DNA of 64,000 nucleotides. It comes from Macrostomum lignano. Lineage: Eukaryota. The translations under genes were made by a program, and so were the position numbers. Positions 13,762 through 26,800 of the stretch are shown piece after piece; within the stretch, counting starts at the first letter, position 1, and each line of letters starts with the position of its first letter. Under the pieces are notes generated by a model. The model was not told where the DNA came from, searched no databases, and saw only the letters and a program-made list of their open reading frames with translations. Location: contig NIVC01000385.1 in the NCBI GenBank assembly GCA_002269645.1, positions 558,001 to 622,000 on the forward strand, given 5' to 3'.

Positions 13762-14446
13762 GTTAGTTAGTTAGTTAGTGAGTTAGTGAGTTAGTTAGTT
13801 AGTCAGTCAGTCAGTCAGTCAGTCAGTCAGTCAGTCAGTCAGTCAGTCAGTCAGTCAGTCAGTCAGTCAGTCAGTCAGTCAGTCAGTCAGTCAGTCAGTC
13901 AGTCAGTCAGTCAGTCAGTCAGTCAGTCAGTCAGTCAGTCAGTCAGTCAGTCAGTCAGTCAGTCAGTCAGTCAGTCAGTCAGTCAGTCAGTCAGTCAGTC
14001 AGTCAGTCAGTCAGTCAGTCAGTCAGTCAGTCAGTCAGTCAGTCAGTCAGTCAGTCAGTCAGTTAACCCGAACGCCAATTTCAAGGAGCTGCTGCACTGC
14101 CTGGACGTCATCGAAGACTTTACACGCCGACTCCAGTCGGAGAATTACGGCCGCCACCTGCTCAGCGTTGATGACCTGTTAGAAAAGCACGCCCTTTTGG
14201 AGGCCGACATTGGTGTACTGGGTGGCCGGGTGGACTCCGCCTGCGAGGCCGCTCTGGCGTTCGCTGATGGACAACTGCCTGATGAGATAGGAGATTACAG
14301 GTGAGCGAAATGATCGATTGATTGACTGATTGACTGATTGATTGATTGATTGATTGATTGATCGATTGATTGATTTATTGATTGGTTGACTGATTGACTG
14401 ATTGATTAATTGATTGATTGATTGATTGATTGATTGACTGATTGAC

Positions 14447-14498
<52 letters not shown>

Positions 14499-14582
14499 CG
14501 ATTGATTGATTTATTGATTGGTTGACTGATTGAATGATTGATTAATTGATTGATTGATTGATTGATTGATTGACTGATTGAC

Positions 14583-14622
<40 letters not shown>

Positions 14623-14658
14623 CGATTGATTGATTTATTGATTGGTTGACTGATTGAC

Positions 14659-14689
<31 letters not shown>

Positions 14690-14702
14690 CTGATTGATTG
14701 AC

Positions 14703-14769
<67 letters not shown>

Positions 14770-14770
14770 C

Positions 14771-14855
<85 letters not shown>

Positions 14856-17800
14856 TTATTGACTGCCACAAGCTGAGCCCCTCCCTCACGCTCCCCTTCA
14901 TCTCAGACCCGCCACTCGAGACGAAATCGCCGAACGAGTGGCGATCGTTCGCGAAGCATTTGGCCAGCTCGAACAGCGCCGAGATGAGCGCCGCTATCGA
15001 CTGATTGACAGCCGGCAGCTGTGGCTGTTCGCCTGGGAGATGGACGAATCTGAGCAGTGGCTGCGTGAGATCGATCAGCTCATGTCCTGTCCGGATATTG
15101 GCCGAGATCTGCCGTCCGCTCAGCTGTTGCTAGGGAAGCATCGCTCCGTTGAGGATGAGGTTTCCGCCAGGCGGGAGTCGTTGCAGCTGCAGATTGAGCG
15201 GGGCGAGCTGATGGCAGACGCCGGGCGTCCCGGATCTAATCTCATCCTGGACCGCATCGATCGGCTCAACGCACTCTGGGATCAGCTGGTCGACCGAGCC
15301 GCTGCTAGGAAGGCGCGCCTGCTGCAGGTGCGCGTCTGATGGGCTGTAGACTTCCCAAATCCCTCAGATTTTGATTGCAAACCTCCCAGATCCCTAAGAT
15401 TTTGGTTGCAAACCTCCCAGATCCTCAGTTGCTGGGCCAGCCTCCCAGATCCTCAGTTGCTGGGCCAGCCTCCCAGATCCTCAGTTGCTGGGCCAGCCTC
15501 CCAGATCCTCAGTTGCTGGGCCAGCCTCCCAGATCCTCAGTTGTTGATTGACCAGCCTCCCAGATCCTCAGTTGCTGGGCCAGCCTCCCAGAGTGTCAGT
15601 TGCTGGGCCAGCCTCCCAGAGTGTCAGTTGCTGGGCCAGCCTCCCAGAGTGTCAGTTGCTGGGCCAGCCTCCCAGAGTGTCAGTTGCTGGGCCCAGATCC
15701 CAGATCCCTAGTTGTTGAGGCAGCCCCCCAGATGCTCATTTTCACAGCCTCTCAAATCTCCACCCCCCCCCCGAAGGCCTTGGACTTTCACCGGTTCCTC
15801 TGCGACTGCGACGAAGCCGACGCTTGGCTAGTTGAAGCTCTTCGCCTGTGCGAGAACACCGCTGCGGATCTGCAGAGCCTCCTGGACAGCGACAGGAAAC
15901 TGAGAGATCTTCACGCCGACATCGCCGCCTATCGAACGGAGCTGGACACTCTGCACTCTCTGGCCGCCGGTCTCAGCCAAATCGACCGCGACTGTCCGAC
16001 AACTCAGCAACGATTGGACACCATCGAGGAGAGGTACGCCCGACTGCTGGAGCTGTCAAGACTGCAGCGACAGCGCCTAGACGACGCTCTAGCTAAGCGT
16101 CGGCTGTGCCAACAGGCTGATCGACTTCTAGCGTGGATGCTTGAACGGGAGCGACTGTTGGATCGCCTGCTGCCAAGCGTGGATATCGACGAATTAGAAG
16201 CTGTCAAGCATCGATTTGATTCGTTTGAAGCTGAATTGGCTGCGAATGCTAACAAATTGGACGAATTGAATAGCGTAGGGCATCGGGTGAGTTCTAGCGG
16301 CTGGCTTTTTACTCAACTAAGGCTACTTCTTCGTTCTTCCAAGTTAGAGCGGCCAATCAGGTAAGTCGGAAGACATTCCTAGTTAAGTTAGGAAGACGGA
16401 AGAATTGTTTAATTTAAAGAGCGTCGCGAAAATTTAAGAGATATATCCAAATTTTTCTACTGCGGTTAGTAGCGCGCAAAGTCTTTGTGGTAGTAGTGAT
16501 CCAGGAGTTCCAAATTTAGCAACTAGGTAAAATGTAATAAGATAATTGTTTATTTTGATTATAAATAGCCTTCGAAATAGTAGGAATGATAATGATGCGC
16601 CTTAATAATAAAATCAATTCTATAACAATAACGAGATCCTCCAAAAGGGCGTCTTCTTCTAGAAATAATGAAATCAGTGTCGTGAAATCAGTTTTATCAA
16701 TCTATCAATAATTGTCTAATTCCGAGTATCAAAATCGGTCCGCAGATCCTATCCAAAGATTTCGACAAAAGCTTACCAATTGGTTTACTTCTCCCTCGGA
16801 GACGTAGCCTCGTTTAGCTGCTCTAGCAAAGCTCAAGATCTCTTGAGGCCGCCCTGAGTCTGAGATTTCAGCTCGGATTTTTTACTTATATTTGTACCCA
16901 ATTTGAGTCGGCCCAGAGCTCAAACCGGTTTTTTATGAGGTCAAGAAAGCAATTTTATCATTTGACAGGTGGGGTTCTTCGCACAATGGAATAGTGATTC
17001 GCTGGTTTCGTTATACTGCTAAGAATAGGTTATAATCGCGTTTTACATATTTCTATCGTTCTACTTCTAGTAGTTTGCTTATACTGTATTTTAGGAGATC
17101 TCTACTAGTGTACAGCGGCCCTAACTTTATTTATCGTTAGGCATGTACACTTCGCTGTGCTTTTGGGGGTTGGCCCTCAGGCTGTGCGTTAATTGCACGA
17201 GCAGAGCCAAGCTGAGGTTCCAATTTAGCTCCAAATTAATGTGACTGCACTTGGAATCGAGCCTGGGCCGCTGGCACATCAGAGCGCCGAGCTATACCAC
17301 TGGGCTACGGCACCCGCGTAGTTTCAGAGAATCTGGTAGCAGATTTCGTAGATTTTCATTTTATTTTTTATAGTACTTTGGAATAAACTACTTGTAGATG
17401 GTCATCACAGGCATAAGGACCAGCCCCCAAGGCACAGAGAGTGTACATGCCTGATGATTAGAAAGAAGCCGCTTTGTGGGATGCGATGCCCCGAAGGCGT
17501 TGCGCCACAGGTTGAAAAAACTGTTATTCATAACAATTCTGAAAGTCTGACGAACTGAAAATCTACAAAACATTTTATTCATATAACATCCTCAGCTGCA
17601 GAGCATCGAACACCCCGATAGCGAAGAGATCGCAGGTCTACTCGCCTCGCTCAACTCGCATTGGTCTCGCCTAGTCGACTTGACCGATTGCCGCAGATTT
17701 CAAATCAATTCCGCCTACGATTTGAACGCCTATCTGGTGGCGTGCCGTGAGACCGCAGCCTGGATTGAGGACAAGTCCAACCTGATTGGCTCCACAGATC

Positions 17801-20800
17801 GGCTGGGCGACAACCTCGCCGGATTTGTACAGCTGCAGCGTCGATTGCAACGACTTAACGCCGATATGCTGGCAATTGAAGCTCGACTGAGCAGTCTTGA
17901 TGACGAATGCGACAGACTGATTGACTGTCTACCAGATGAAGCTGAGAGGCTGACCGAACAGCGCAATCGTCTTGCCGATCTGTGGCGTCAGTTGTGCGAC
18001 CAACGCGATAGACGTCTTAGTAGACTCGAAGCGTCCTCTGAGTTGCAGAAATTTCTGCAGGATTTGGATCACTTTCAGGTTGGGTGATTTTTTTATAAGT
18101 TTCTCTTCTTTAAATTCAGTAGCATAAGAAGAATGTGTTAGCTGTTATTATGAAAACAAATACAATACAGATACAAATACAAATGCAAATACTTGATAAA
18201 CAACTCTTAATGTACATTAGGATAACGCCACTGTAAATGTACATGTTTGAAAATGTGCTAAGCGGCTTTACCTAATTATAATTGCAAGCATCAATTTAGA
18301 TTCAATATACACTTGGGAATTCACACCCAATGTACACTGGCCAATCCTCACCTGATGTACACTGGCCAATCCTCACCCGATGTACACTGGCCAATCCTCA
18401 CCCGATGTACACTGGGCAATTCACACCCAATGTACTCTGGCCAATCCTCACCCAATGTACACTGGCCAACCCTCACCAAATGTACACTGACCAATCCTCA
18501 CCCAATGTACTCTGGCCAATCCTCACCCGATGTACTCTGGCCAATCCTCACCCAATGTACACTGGGCAATTCACACCCAATGTACTCTGGCCAATCCTCA
18601 CCCGATGTACTCTGGCCAATCCTCACCCAATGTACACTGGGCAATTCACACCCAATGTACTCTGGCCAATCCTCACCCAATGTACACTGGCCAACCCTCA
18701 CCAAATGTACACTGACCAATCCTCACCCAATGTACACTGGCCAATCCTCATCCAATGTACACTGGGCAATCCTCACCCAATGTACACAAATTTCAGATGT
18801 GGCTAAGCACCACTCAGACAGCCATCGCTACAGAGTCCATCCCAAGAGATCTAGCAGATGCTGAGAAGCTACTGATGGAGCATCACAGCCTGAAACAGGA
18901 GATCAACGGCTACTCAAACGAGTTCGACAGTCTTATCAGCTACGGCAGGCAGATCTGCTCTGAAGGTCAAACTGACCCGCAGTACATCCTGCTGGATCAG
19001 AGACTCAGCGCCATATCGGATGGTTGGCACAGCCTGGCTCAGATGTGGCAAGCGAAACGGTTAACTCTGTCGAATGCGCTGAGCTTGCACCTGTTCCTGA
19101 GAGATGCGGCCCAGTGCGAACTGCTTCTGATCCGGCAGGAGAGCTTTCTGGCTAAACAGGAGATGCCCAGCTCTGTTAGTGCAGTTGCAGTCTTTGAATC
19201 TGCCTCTCCGCTCTCCTCACTCAGTCCTTGAATCTGCCTGTGCGCTCTCCTCACTCAGGACTTGAATCTGCCTCTCCGCTCTCCTCACTCAGTCCTTGAA
19301 TCTGCCTGTGCGCTCTCCTCACTCAGTCCTTGAATCTGCCTCTCCGCTCTCCTCACTCAGTCCTTGAATCTGCCTGTGCGCTCTCCTCACTCAGTCCTTG
19401 AATCTGCCTCTCCGCTCTCCTCACTCAGGACTTGAATCTGCCTCTCCGCTCTCCTCACTCAGTCCTTGAATCTGCCTCTCCGCTCTCCTCACTCAGTCCT
19501 TGAATCTGCCTCTCCGCTCTCCTCACTCAGTCCTTGAATCTGCCTCTCCGCTCTCCTCACTCAGTCCTTGAATCTGCCTCTCCGCTCTCCTCACTCAGGA
19601 CTTGAATCTGCCTCTCCGCTCTCCTCACTCAGTCCTTGAATCTGCCTCTCCGCTCTCCTCACTCAGGACTTGAATCTGCCTCTCCGCTCTCCTCACTCAG
19701 GACTTGAATCTGCCTGTGCGCTCTCCTCACTCAGTCCTTGAATCTGCCTCTCCGCTCTCCTCACTCAGGACTTGAATCTGCCTCTCCGCTCTCCTCACTC
19801 AGGACTTGAATCTGCCTGTGCGCTCTCCTCACTCAGTCCTTGAATCTGCCTCTCCGCTCTCCTCACTCAGGACTTGAATCTGCCTCTCCGCTCTCCTCAC
19901 TCAGGACTTGAATCTGCCTCTCCGCTCTCCTCACTCAGTCCTTGAATCTGCCTCTCCGCTCTCCTCACTCAGTCCTTGAATCTGCCTCTCCGCTCTCCTC
20001 ACTCAGTCCTTGAATCTGCCTCTCCGCTCTCCTCACTCAGGACTTGAATCTGCCTCTCCGCTCTCCTCACTCAGTCCTTGAATCTGCCTCTCCGCTCTCC
20101 TCACTCAGTCCTTGAATCTGCCTCTCCGCTCTCCTCACTCAGTCCTTGAATCTGCCTCTCCGCTCTCCTCACTCAGGACTTGAATCTGCCTCTCCGCTCT
20201 CCTCACTCAGGACTTGAATCTGCCTCTCCGCTCTCCTCACTCAGTCCTTGAATCTGCCTCTCCGCTCTCCTCACTCAGTCCTTGAATCTGCCTCTCCGCT
20301 CTCCTCACTCAGTCCTTGAATCTGCCTCTCCGCTCTCCTCACTCAGGACTTGAATCTGCCTGTGCGCTCTCCTCACTCAGTCCTTGAATCTGCCTCTCCG
20401 CTCTCCTCACTCAGGACTTGAATCTGCCTCTCCGCTCTCCTCACTCAGTCCTTGAATCTGCCTCTCCGCTCTCCTCACTCAGTCCTTGAATCTGCCTCTC
20501 CGCTCTCCTCACTCAGTCCTTGAATCTGCCTCTCCGCTCTCCTCACTCAGTCCTTGAATCTGCCTGTGCGCTCTCCTCACTCAGTCCTTGAATCTGCCTC
20601 TCCGCTCTCCTCACTCAGGACTTGAATCTGCCTCTCCGCTCTCCTCACTCAGGACTTGAATCTGCCTCTCCGCTCTCCTCACTCAGTCCTTGAATCTGCC
20701 TCTCCGCTCTCCTCACTCAGTCCTTGAATCTGCCTCTCCGCTCTCCTCACTCAGGACTTGAATCTGCCTCTCCGCTCTCCTCACTCAGTCCTTGAATCTG

Positions 20801-23800
20801 CCTCTCCGCTCTCCTCACTCAGTCCTTGAATCTGCCTCTCCGCTCTCCTCACTCAGGACTTGAATCTGCCTCTCCGCTCTCCTCACTCAGGACTTGAATC
20901 TGCCTGTGCGCTCTCCTCACTCAGTCCTTGAATCTGCCTCTCCGCTCTCCTCACTCAGGACTTGAATCTGCCTCTCCGCTCTCCTCACTCAGGACTTGAA
21001 TCTGCCTGTGCGCTCTCCTCACTCAGTCCTTGAATCTGCCTCTCCGCTCTCCTCACTCAGGACTTGAATCTGCCTCTCCGCTCTCCTCACTCAGGACTTG
21101 AATCTGCCTCTCCGCTCTCCTCACTCAGTCCTTGAATCTGCCTCTCCGCTCTCCTCACTCAGTCCTTGAATCTGCCTCTCCGCTCTCCTCACTCAGTCCT
21201 TGAATCTGCCTCTCCGCTCTCCTCACTCAGGACTTGAATCTGCCTCTCCGCTCTCCTCACTCAGTCCTTGAATCTGCCTGTGCGCTCTCCTCACTCAGTC
21301 CTTGAATCTGCCTCTCCGCTCTCCTCACTCAGGACTTGAATCTGCCTCTCCGCTCTCCTCACTCAGGACTTGAATCTGCCTCTCCGCTCTCCTCACTCAG
21401 TCCTTGAATCTGCCTCTCCGCTCTCCTCACTCAGTCCTTGAATCTGCCTCTCCGCTCTCCTCACTCAGTCCTTGAATCTGCCTCTCCGCTCTCCTCACTC
21501 AGGACTTGAATCTGCCTCTCCGCTCTCCTCACTCAGTCCTTGAATCTGCCTCTCCGCTCTCCTCACTCAGTCCTTGAATCTGCCTCTCCGCTCTCCTCAC
21601 TCAGTCCTTGAATCTGCCTCTCCGCTCTCCTCACTCAGTCCTTGAATCTGCCTCTCCGCTCTCCTCACTCAGTCCTTGAATCTGCCTCTCCGCTCTCCTC
21701 ACTCAGTCCTTGAATCTGCCTCTCCGCTCTCCTCACTCAGTCCTTGAATCTGCCTCCGCTCTCCTCACTGAGTCATTGAATCTGCCTCTCCGCTCTCTTT
21801 CAGTCTTGAAAGTTCGACTTTTTCATTCATTTTTCATCTTTGCCACGATATTCGACAACAACCTACGTTATACTACTATTCCACAGTTTAAAGTAGCGTA
21901 AATCGTATAAAATATTATTGTATCTATGTTTATTCCAGGCCGAACATGCCGATAGGCTGGTGCACCAATGCGAAGCGTTCATCGCTTCGATGTGTAACGC
22001 CGAGCAGAAGCTCGAATTGCTAGACGAGACTGGTCAGCGCCTGCTCGAGGATCAGGATGCCTCTGCTAGTGCGGACGCGGCAACGTCGGATGTCGAAGCA
22101 TCCCAGCAGCAGCGCCGCTGTTTGGGGGGACGCGATAAAGTCGTTCAGAAACTCGACTCGATTCGACGCAGACGCCTCGCCAATTCTAACAGAGCCGCAG
22201 AGCTGCTAGATAAGCTTCGGGGTCTGGCTCAACTGCAGCAGCTTCGACAGGAGGTGGGCGACCTGGCTGAATGGATCGACGATCGGCTGGCAATGGCAGC
22301 GGCTGCCGCCGATGAAGCCGCTGACCCTAGCAGAGATGCTGCCGGGAATTTAGCTGGGAGGTGAGTTGAGGAGAAATCAACTGGGAATGGACAGCACAAT
22401 CTTGGATATACGTCATTAGAAGCGCCGAGCCCCTAATCTAAATATACTAATCCTATATACTAAAAATGAAAATCTTGCTTGCTTGCTTGCTTGTAATCGA
22501 TTAGAGAAAAAATGGCTTAACCGATTTTCATGAGACTGGCACTGTTCGATCAGATATTCTAACTGAACGTCACTAATCACCAAACTTCAATCCCTGTCAT
22601 TAGGCGTCCACCTCTGATCCCTAATGGGTGTCATTTGGCGTCCACCTCTGATCCCTAATGGGTGTCATTTGGCGTCCACCTCTGATCCCTAATGGGTGTC
22701 ATTTGGCGTCCACCTCTGATCCCTAATGGGTGTCATTTGGCGTCCACCTCTGATCCCTAATGGGTGTCATTTGGCGTCCACCTCTGATCCCTAATGGGTG
22801 TCATTTGGCGTCCACCTCTGATCCCTAATGGGTGTCATTTGGCGTCCACCTCTGATCCCTAATGGGTGTCATTTGGCGTCCACCTCTGATCCCTAATGGG
22901 TGTCATTTGGCGTCCACCTCTGATCCCTAATGGGTGTCATTAGGCGTCCACCTCTGATCCCTAATGGGTGTCATTTGGCGTCCACCTCTGATCCCTAATG
23001 GGTGTCATTAGGCGTCCACCTCTGATCCCTAATGGGTGTCATTTGGCGTCCACCTCTGATCCCTAATGAGTGTCATTTGGCGTCCACCTCTGATCCCTAA
23101 TGGGTGTCATTTGGCGTCTACCTCTAATCCCTAATGGGTGTCATTAAGCGTCCACCTCTAATCCCTAATGGGTGTCATTTGGCGTCCACCTCTAATCCCT
23201 AATGGGTGTCATTTGGCGTCTACCTCTAATCCCTAATGGGTGTCATTTGGCGTCCACCTCTTATACCTAATGGGTGTCATTAGGCGTCAACCTCTAATAC
23301 AGAATGGGTGTCATTAGGCGTCACTCCTAATTTAGCTTCTTACGTAGAATCAGAGGGCACCCTGGCGCACTTTAAGCGACATTGTCATACAGCCGGCGAG
23401 AGGCATTGCTGCCCATTCCGCCGACTCCCCTGAGCAGGCATACAAGCGCGCGGATACGTACGCAGTCATACGCACAGGTACACACTCACACAGGAGTGTA
23501 CAGCGGCCCTAACTTTATTTATCGTTAGGCATGTGCACTTCACTGCGCCTTTGGGGTTTGGCCCTCAAGCTGGGCGTTAATTGAAGCCCCAAATTAATGT
23601 GACTGAACTTGGAATCGAGCCTGGGCTGCTGGCACATTAGAGCGCCGCGCTAGACCACTAGGCTACGGCACCCCCACTCCTAAAAACTCAATGGGTGTTA
23701 GTTATTAAGCGTCAACCCTAACCCATAAGCTGCTTAGTATTAATTCCTCACCAATCACTAAATTTGCCACGTAAATAATCTTGACCTCAGGTACAATCGT

Positions 23801-26800
23801 CATCGAAATTTTGAACGCGAGATAGCGGCCAACAAGGAGAGACTGAGCACTGTGATTTTGTACGCTGAGCAGCTGATTTCTCAGCTGCCCGAGCACCGGA
23901 ATGAGGTGAGTTCATTTAATAATGAATTTTGTCTAATTCAGTTTAAATCTAAATATAAAGTCCAATGTGTTTGAGGTGCCTAATGTATCCCAAAAGTCTA
24001 ATGTGTCTTAAATGTCTGATGTGCCCCCAAGTGTCTACGAGCGTAATGTGCCCCAAGTGTCTAATGTGTCCCTAGTGTCTATACTGTGTCCCAAGAGTCA
24101 ATAATGTGTCTCAAGTATCAAACGTGTCTTAAGTGTGTGATGTGTATAAAATATCTAATGAGACCCAAGTGGTATGTGTCAAGGGGGGCCGTAGCCCAGC
24201 GGTAGCGCAGCTGCTCTGGTGTGCCGCGACCCAGGCTCGATTCCAAGTGCAGCCACATTAATTTGGGGCTGAATTGGAATTTCGGCTTGGCTCGCCTGTG
24301 CAATTAACGGCCTTGAGAGCCAATCCCCCAAGGCGCAGTGAAGTGTACATGCCTAACAATTGATAAAGTTAGGGCCGCTGTACACTCCTGTGTGAGTGTG
24401 TGCCTGCGTAACGTATCCGCGCGCTTGTATGCCTGCTCAGGGGAGTCGGCGGAATGGGCAGTGATGCCTCTCGCCAGTTGTGTGCCTATGTCGCCTAAAG
24501 TGCGCCAGGGTGCACACAACCCCCCTGCCTCTAATAAAATAAAAAAGTGGTATGTGTCCAAAATGTCTAATGAGTCCAAAGAAGTATGTGTCCCGAATGT
24601 CTAATATGTCTTAAGTGACGAATATGTCTCGGATGTCTAATGTGTCCTAAGTGGTATGTGTTCAAAATATCTAATGTGTCCTAAGTGGTATGTGTCTAAA
24701 ATGTCTAATGTGTCTGAAGTTTCTAATGTGTCGCAAATGTCTAATGTGTCTCAAATGTCTAATGAGTCCTAAGTGTCAAGTGTGTCCCAGATGTCTAATG
24801 TGTCCTAGATTTCGAGTGTGTCCCATGTGTCTGATGTATCCTAAATGTCTAATGTGACCCGAATTTCTTGTATATCTCACCTGTCTTATTCATTCTGACC
24901 GTGTGTTAAAGCATCATAGCATACTCTCAAAATTGTTTGACAGATCCAACAAGAGATGAGCGCCCTGACATCTAAATGGTCAATGTTGGAAGATCTGGTG
25001 CAACAGAAAGGCCAAGAACTTCTAGAAGTGAACAGAGAGGCTATTTTTAATAGCACTGCTCAAGACTTCAGCGGCTGGATGGAGAAGCTGATCAGCCAGA
25101 TGTCCCTTGACGAGGAGCAAGTGGTCACCCTGACTGATGTAGACGTGCTTCTGCGCGGCATCGAAGCTCAGGAGCAAGAGATGCTGGAGCGCCAGCAACA
25201 GCTCGAGGACCTGGACGAGCATCGGGCTCGTTTGATCGAACGGCACCCTGAGCGGGAGGCAGTGTTTGAGAAGACTCACTCCACTTTGAAGCAGACTTTT
25301 GTGCAGCTACGCGAACCAGTTGACAAGATCAAGGCCGATTTGATGAAGCGGCGGAGGCTGAGACAGGTAATAACGTAAAGACATGGATCTCTACCGCTTC
25401 TTAACTGGATTATCATAGGGATCTCCCTAGAATGCATTTCCCTGGAATCTCCTTTGAATTGATTTCCCTTGGATCTCTCTTAAATGGATTTCCCTAGGAT
25501 CTCCCTTGAATGGATTTCCCCGGGATCTCCCTTGAATGGATTTCCCTGGGATCTCCCTTTGAATGGATTTCATGGGGTCTCTCTTGAATGGATTTCCATG
25601 GGATCTCCCTAAAATGGATTTCCGGGATCACCATTGAATGAATTCCCTTGGATCTCCTTTTGAATGGATTTCCCTGGGATTTCTCTTTAAATGGATTTCC
25701 CTGGGATCTCTCTTGAATGGATTTCCCCGGGATCTCCCTTGAATGGATTTCCTTTGGATCTCCCTAAAATGGATTTCCCTGGGATTTCCATTAACTGAAT
25801 CCCCTGAGGATATCCCTTATTTAGATTGCCCGAGGCTTCCCCTGAATGATAAAGTACACATCAAGTACAGCTCCAATTTTCTTTACCATTTTTCTCACTC
25901 ATCTCAAGAAAACTAAAACAATATCCCTCAGATACTACTCAGTCTGGACGAAGAAATCGCCTGGGCCGTCGAGCGACTCGCCATGGCTGGCTCCCAGGAC
26001 GCGGGCGATTCTCTTCTAACCGTGACTCAACTCAAGCGCCGGCACCAGACGCTAACGGCCGAGATTGCGGCCAGGCGGCCAAGGATGCTGGAGATTCTGG
26101 CCTCCGCTGATGAAGCGGCAAACGAAGCTGGGCAGCCAAGCGAATCAGCCAAGCGCTACTCGGACAGTGCCGGACAGTTGGAATCGACTTGGAACCGGCT
26201 GGACGAATCTCTGACTGTTAGATCGGACCTGCTGGACCGCAGCGAATCAGTGCACGGCTGGTTGAATGATGCTCACGAAGCTGAACTCTGGCTGGCCGAA
26301 CGGGAGCTGCTCTGCGCTGCCGGGCTCGCTGCCACCGCGCCTGATTCGCCAGAAGCTGCCGCCGCCGCCGCCTCCGGCGCCTCGGAGGCCTCCATCGCCA
26401 AGTCTATCCGTCGACACGACAATCTAGAATCCGACGTTGAACAATACGGTCGCGATATAATTAGTCAGCTGGGGATTCGAGCTCGCGACCTTTTAGAATC
26501 GTCTACAATTGGTAGAGAACTGGTTGAGCAGGGCCAGAGTAGGCTAGACCGATTGTACGCTACTCTCAAAGAGATGATTGCCGAGAAACGAATCTGGCTG
26601 CTTGAGAAGCTGCGCCTGTGTCAGCTGAGCAGACTGGTTGACGATCTGGAAGCCTGGATTCGAGTGCGCACTGTCGCGGCTCAGAGCAATCAGATTGGCG
26701 AGGATTTTGATCATTGCGCGGTCATTGACGACCGATTTCGGAGCTTCGCTAAGGAGACGGAAACTGTGGGAGCTGAGCTGGTGGGTTTGATCGTAGCGCT

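Noticed and set aside
13690-13800. Telomeric repeat
   Set aside because: The unit is TTAG, not TTAGGG or TTAGG, and it grades into TCAG within an intron.
9244-18864. Repetitive ORFs in spectrin introns (LNLALII, VTYQSF, NQSI, RNAPLRI, MYTGQSS)
   Set aside because: Translations of intronic tandem arrays lying between well-supported splice sites.
24395-24465. HDV-like ribozyme in the SINE-A tail (GGCGGAATGGGCA resembles J4/2-P2)
   Set aside because: I could not build P1, P1.1 or an L3 with the required UCC-type motif; an RNArobo/Infernal search would settle it.
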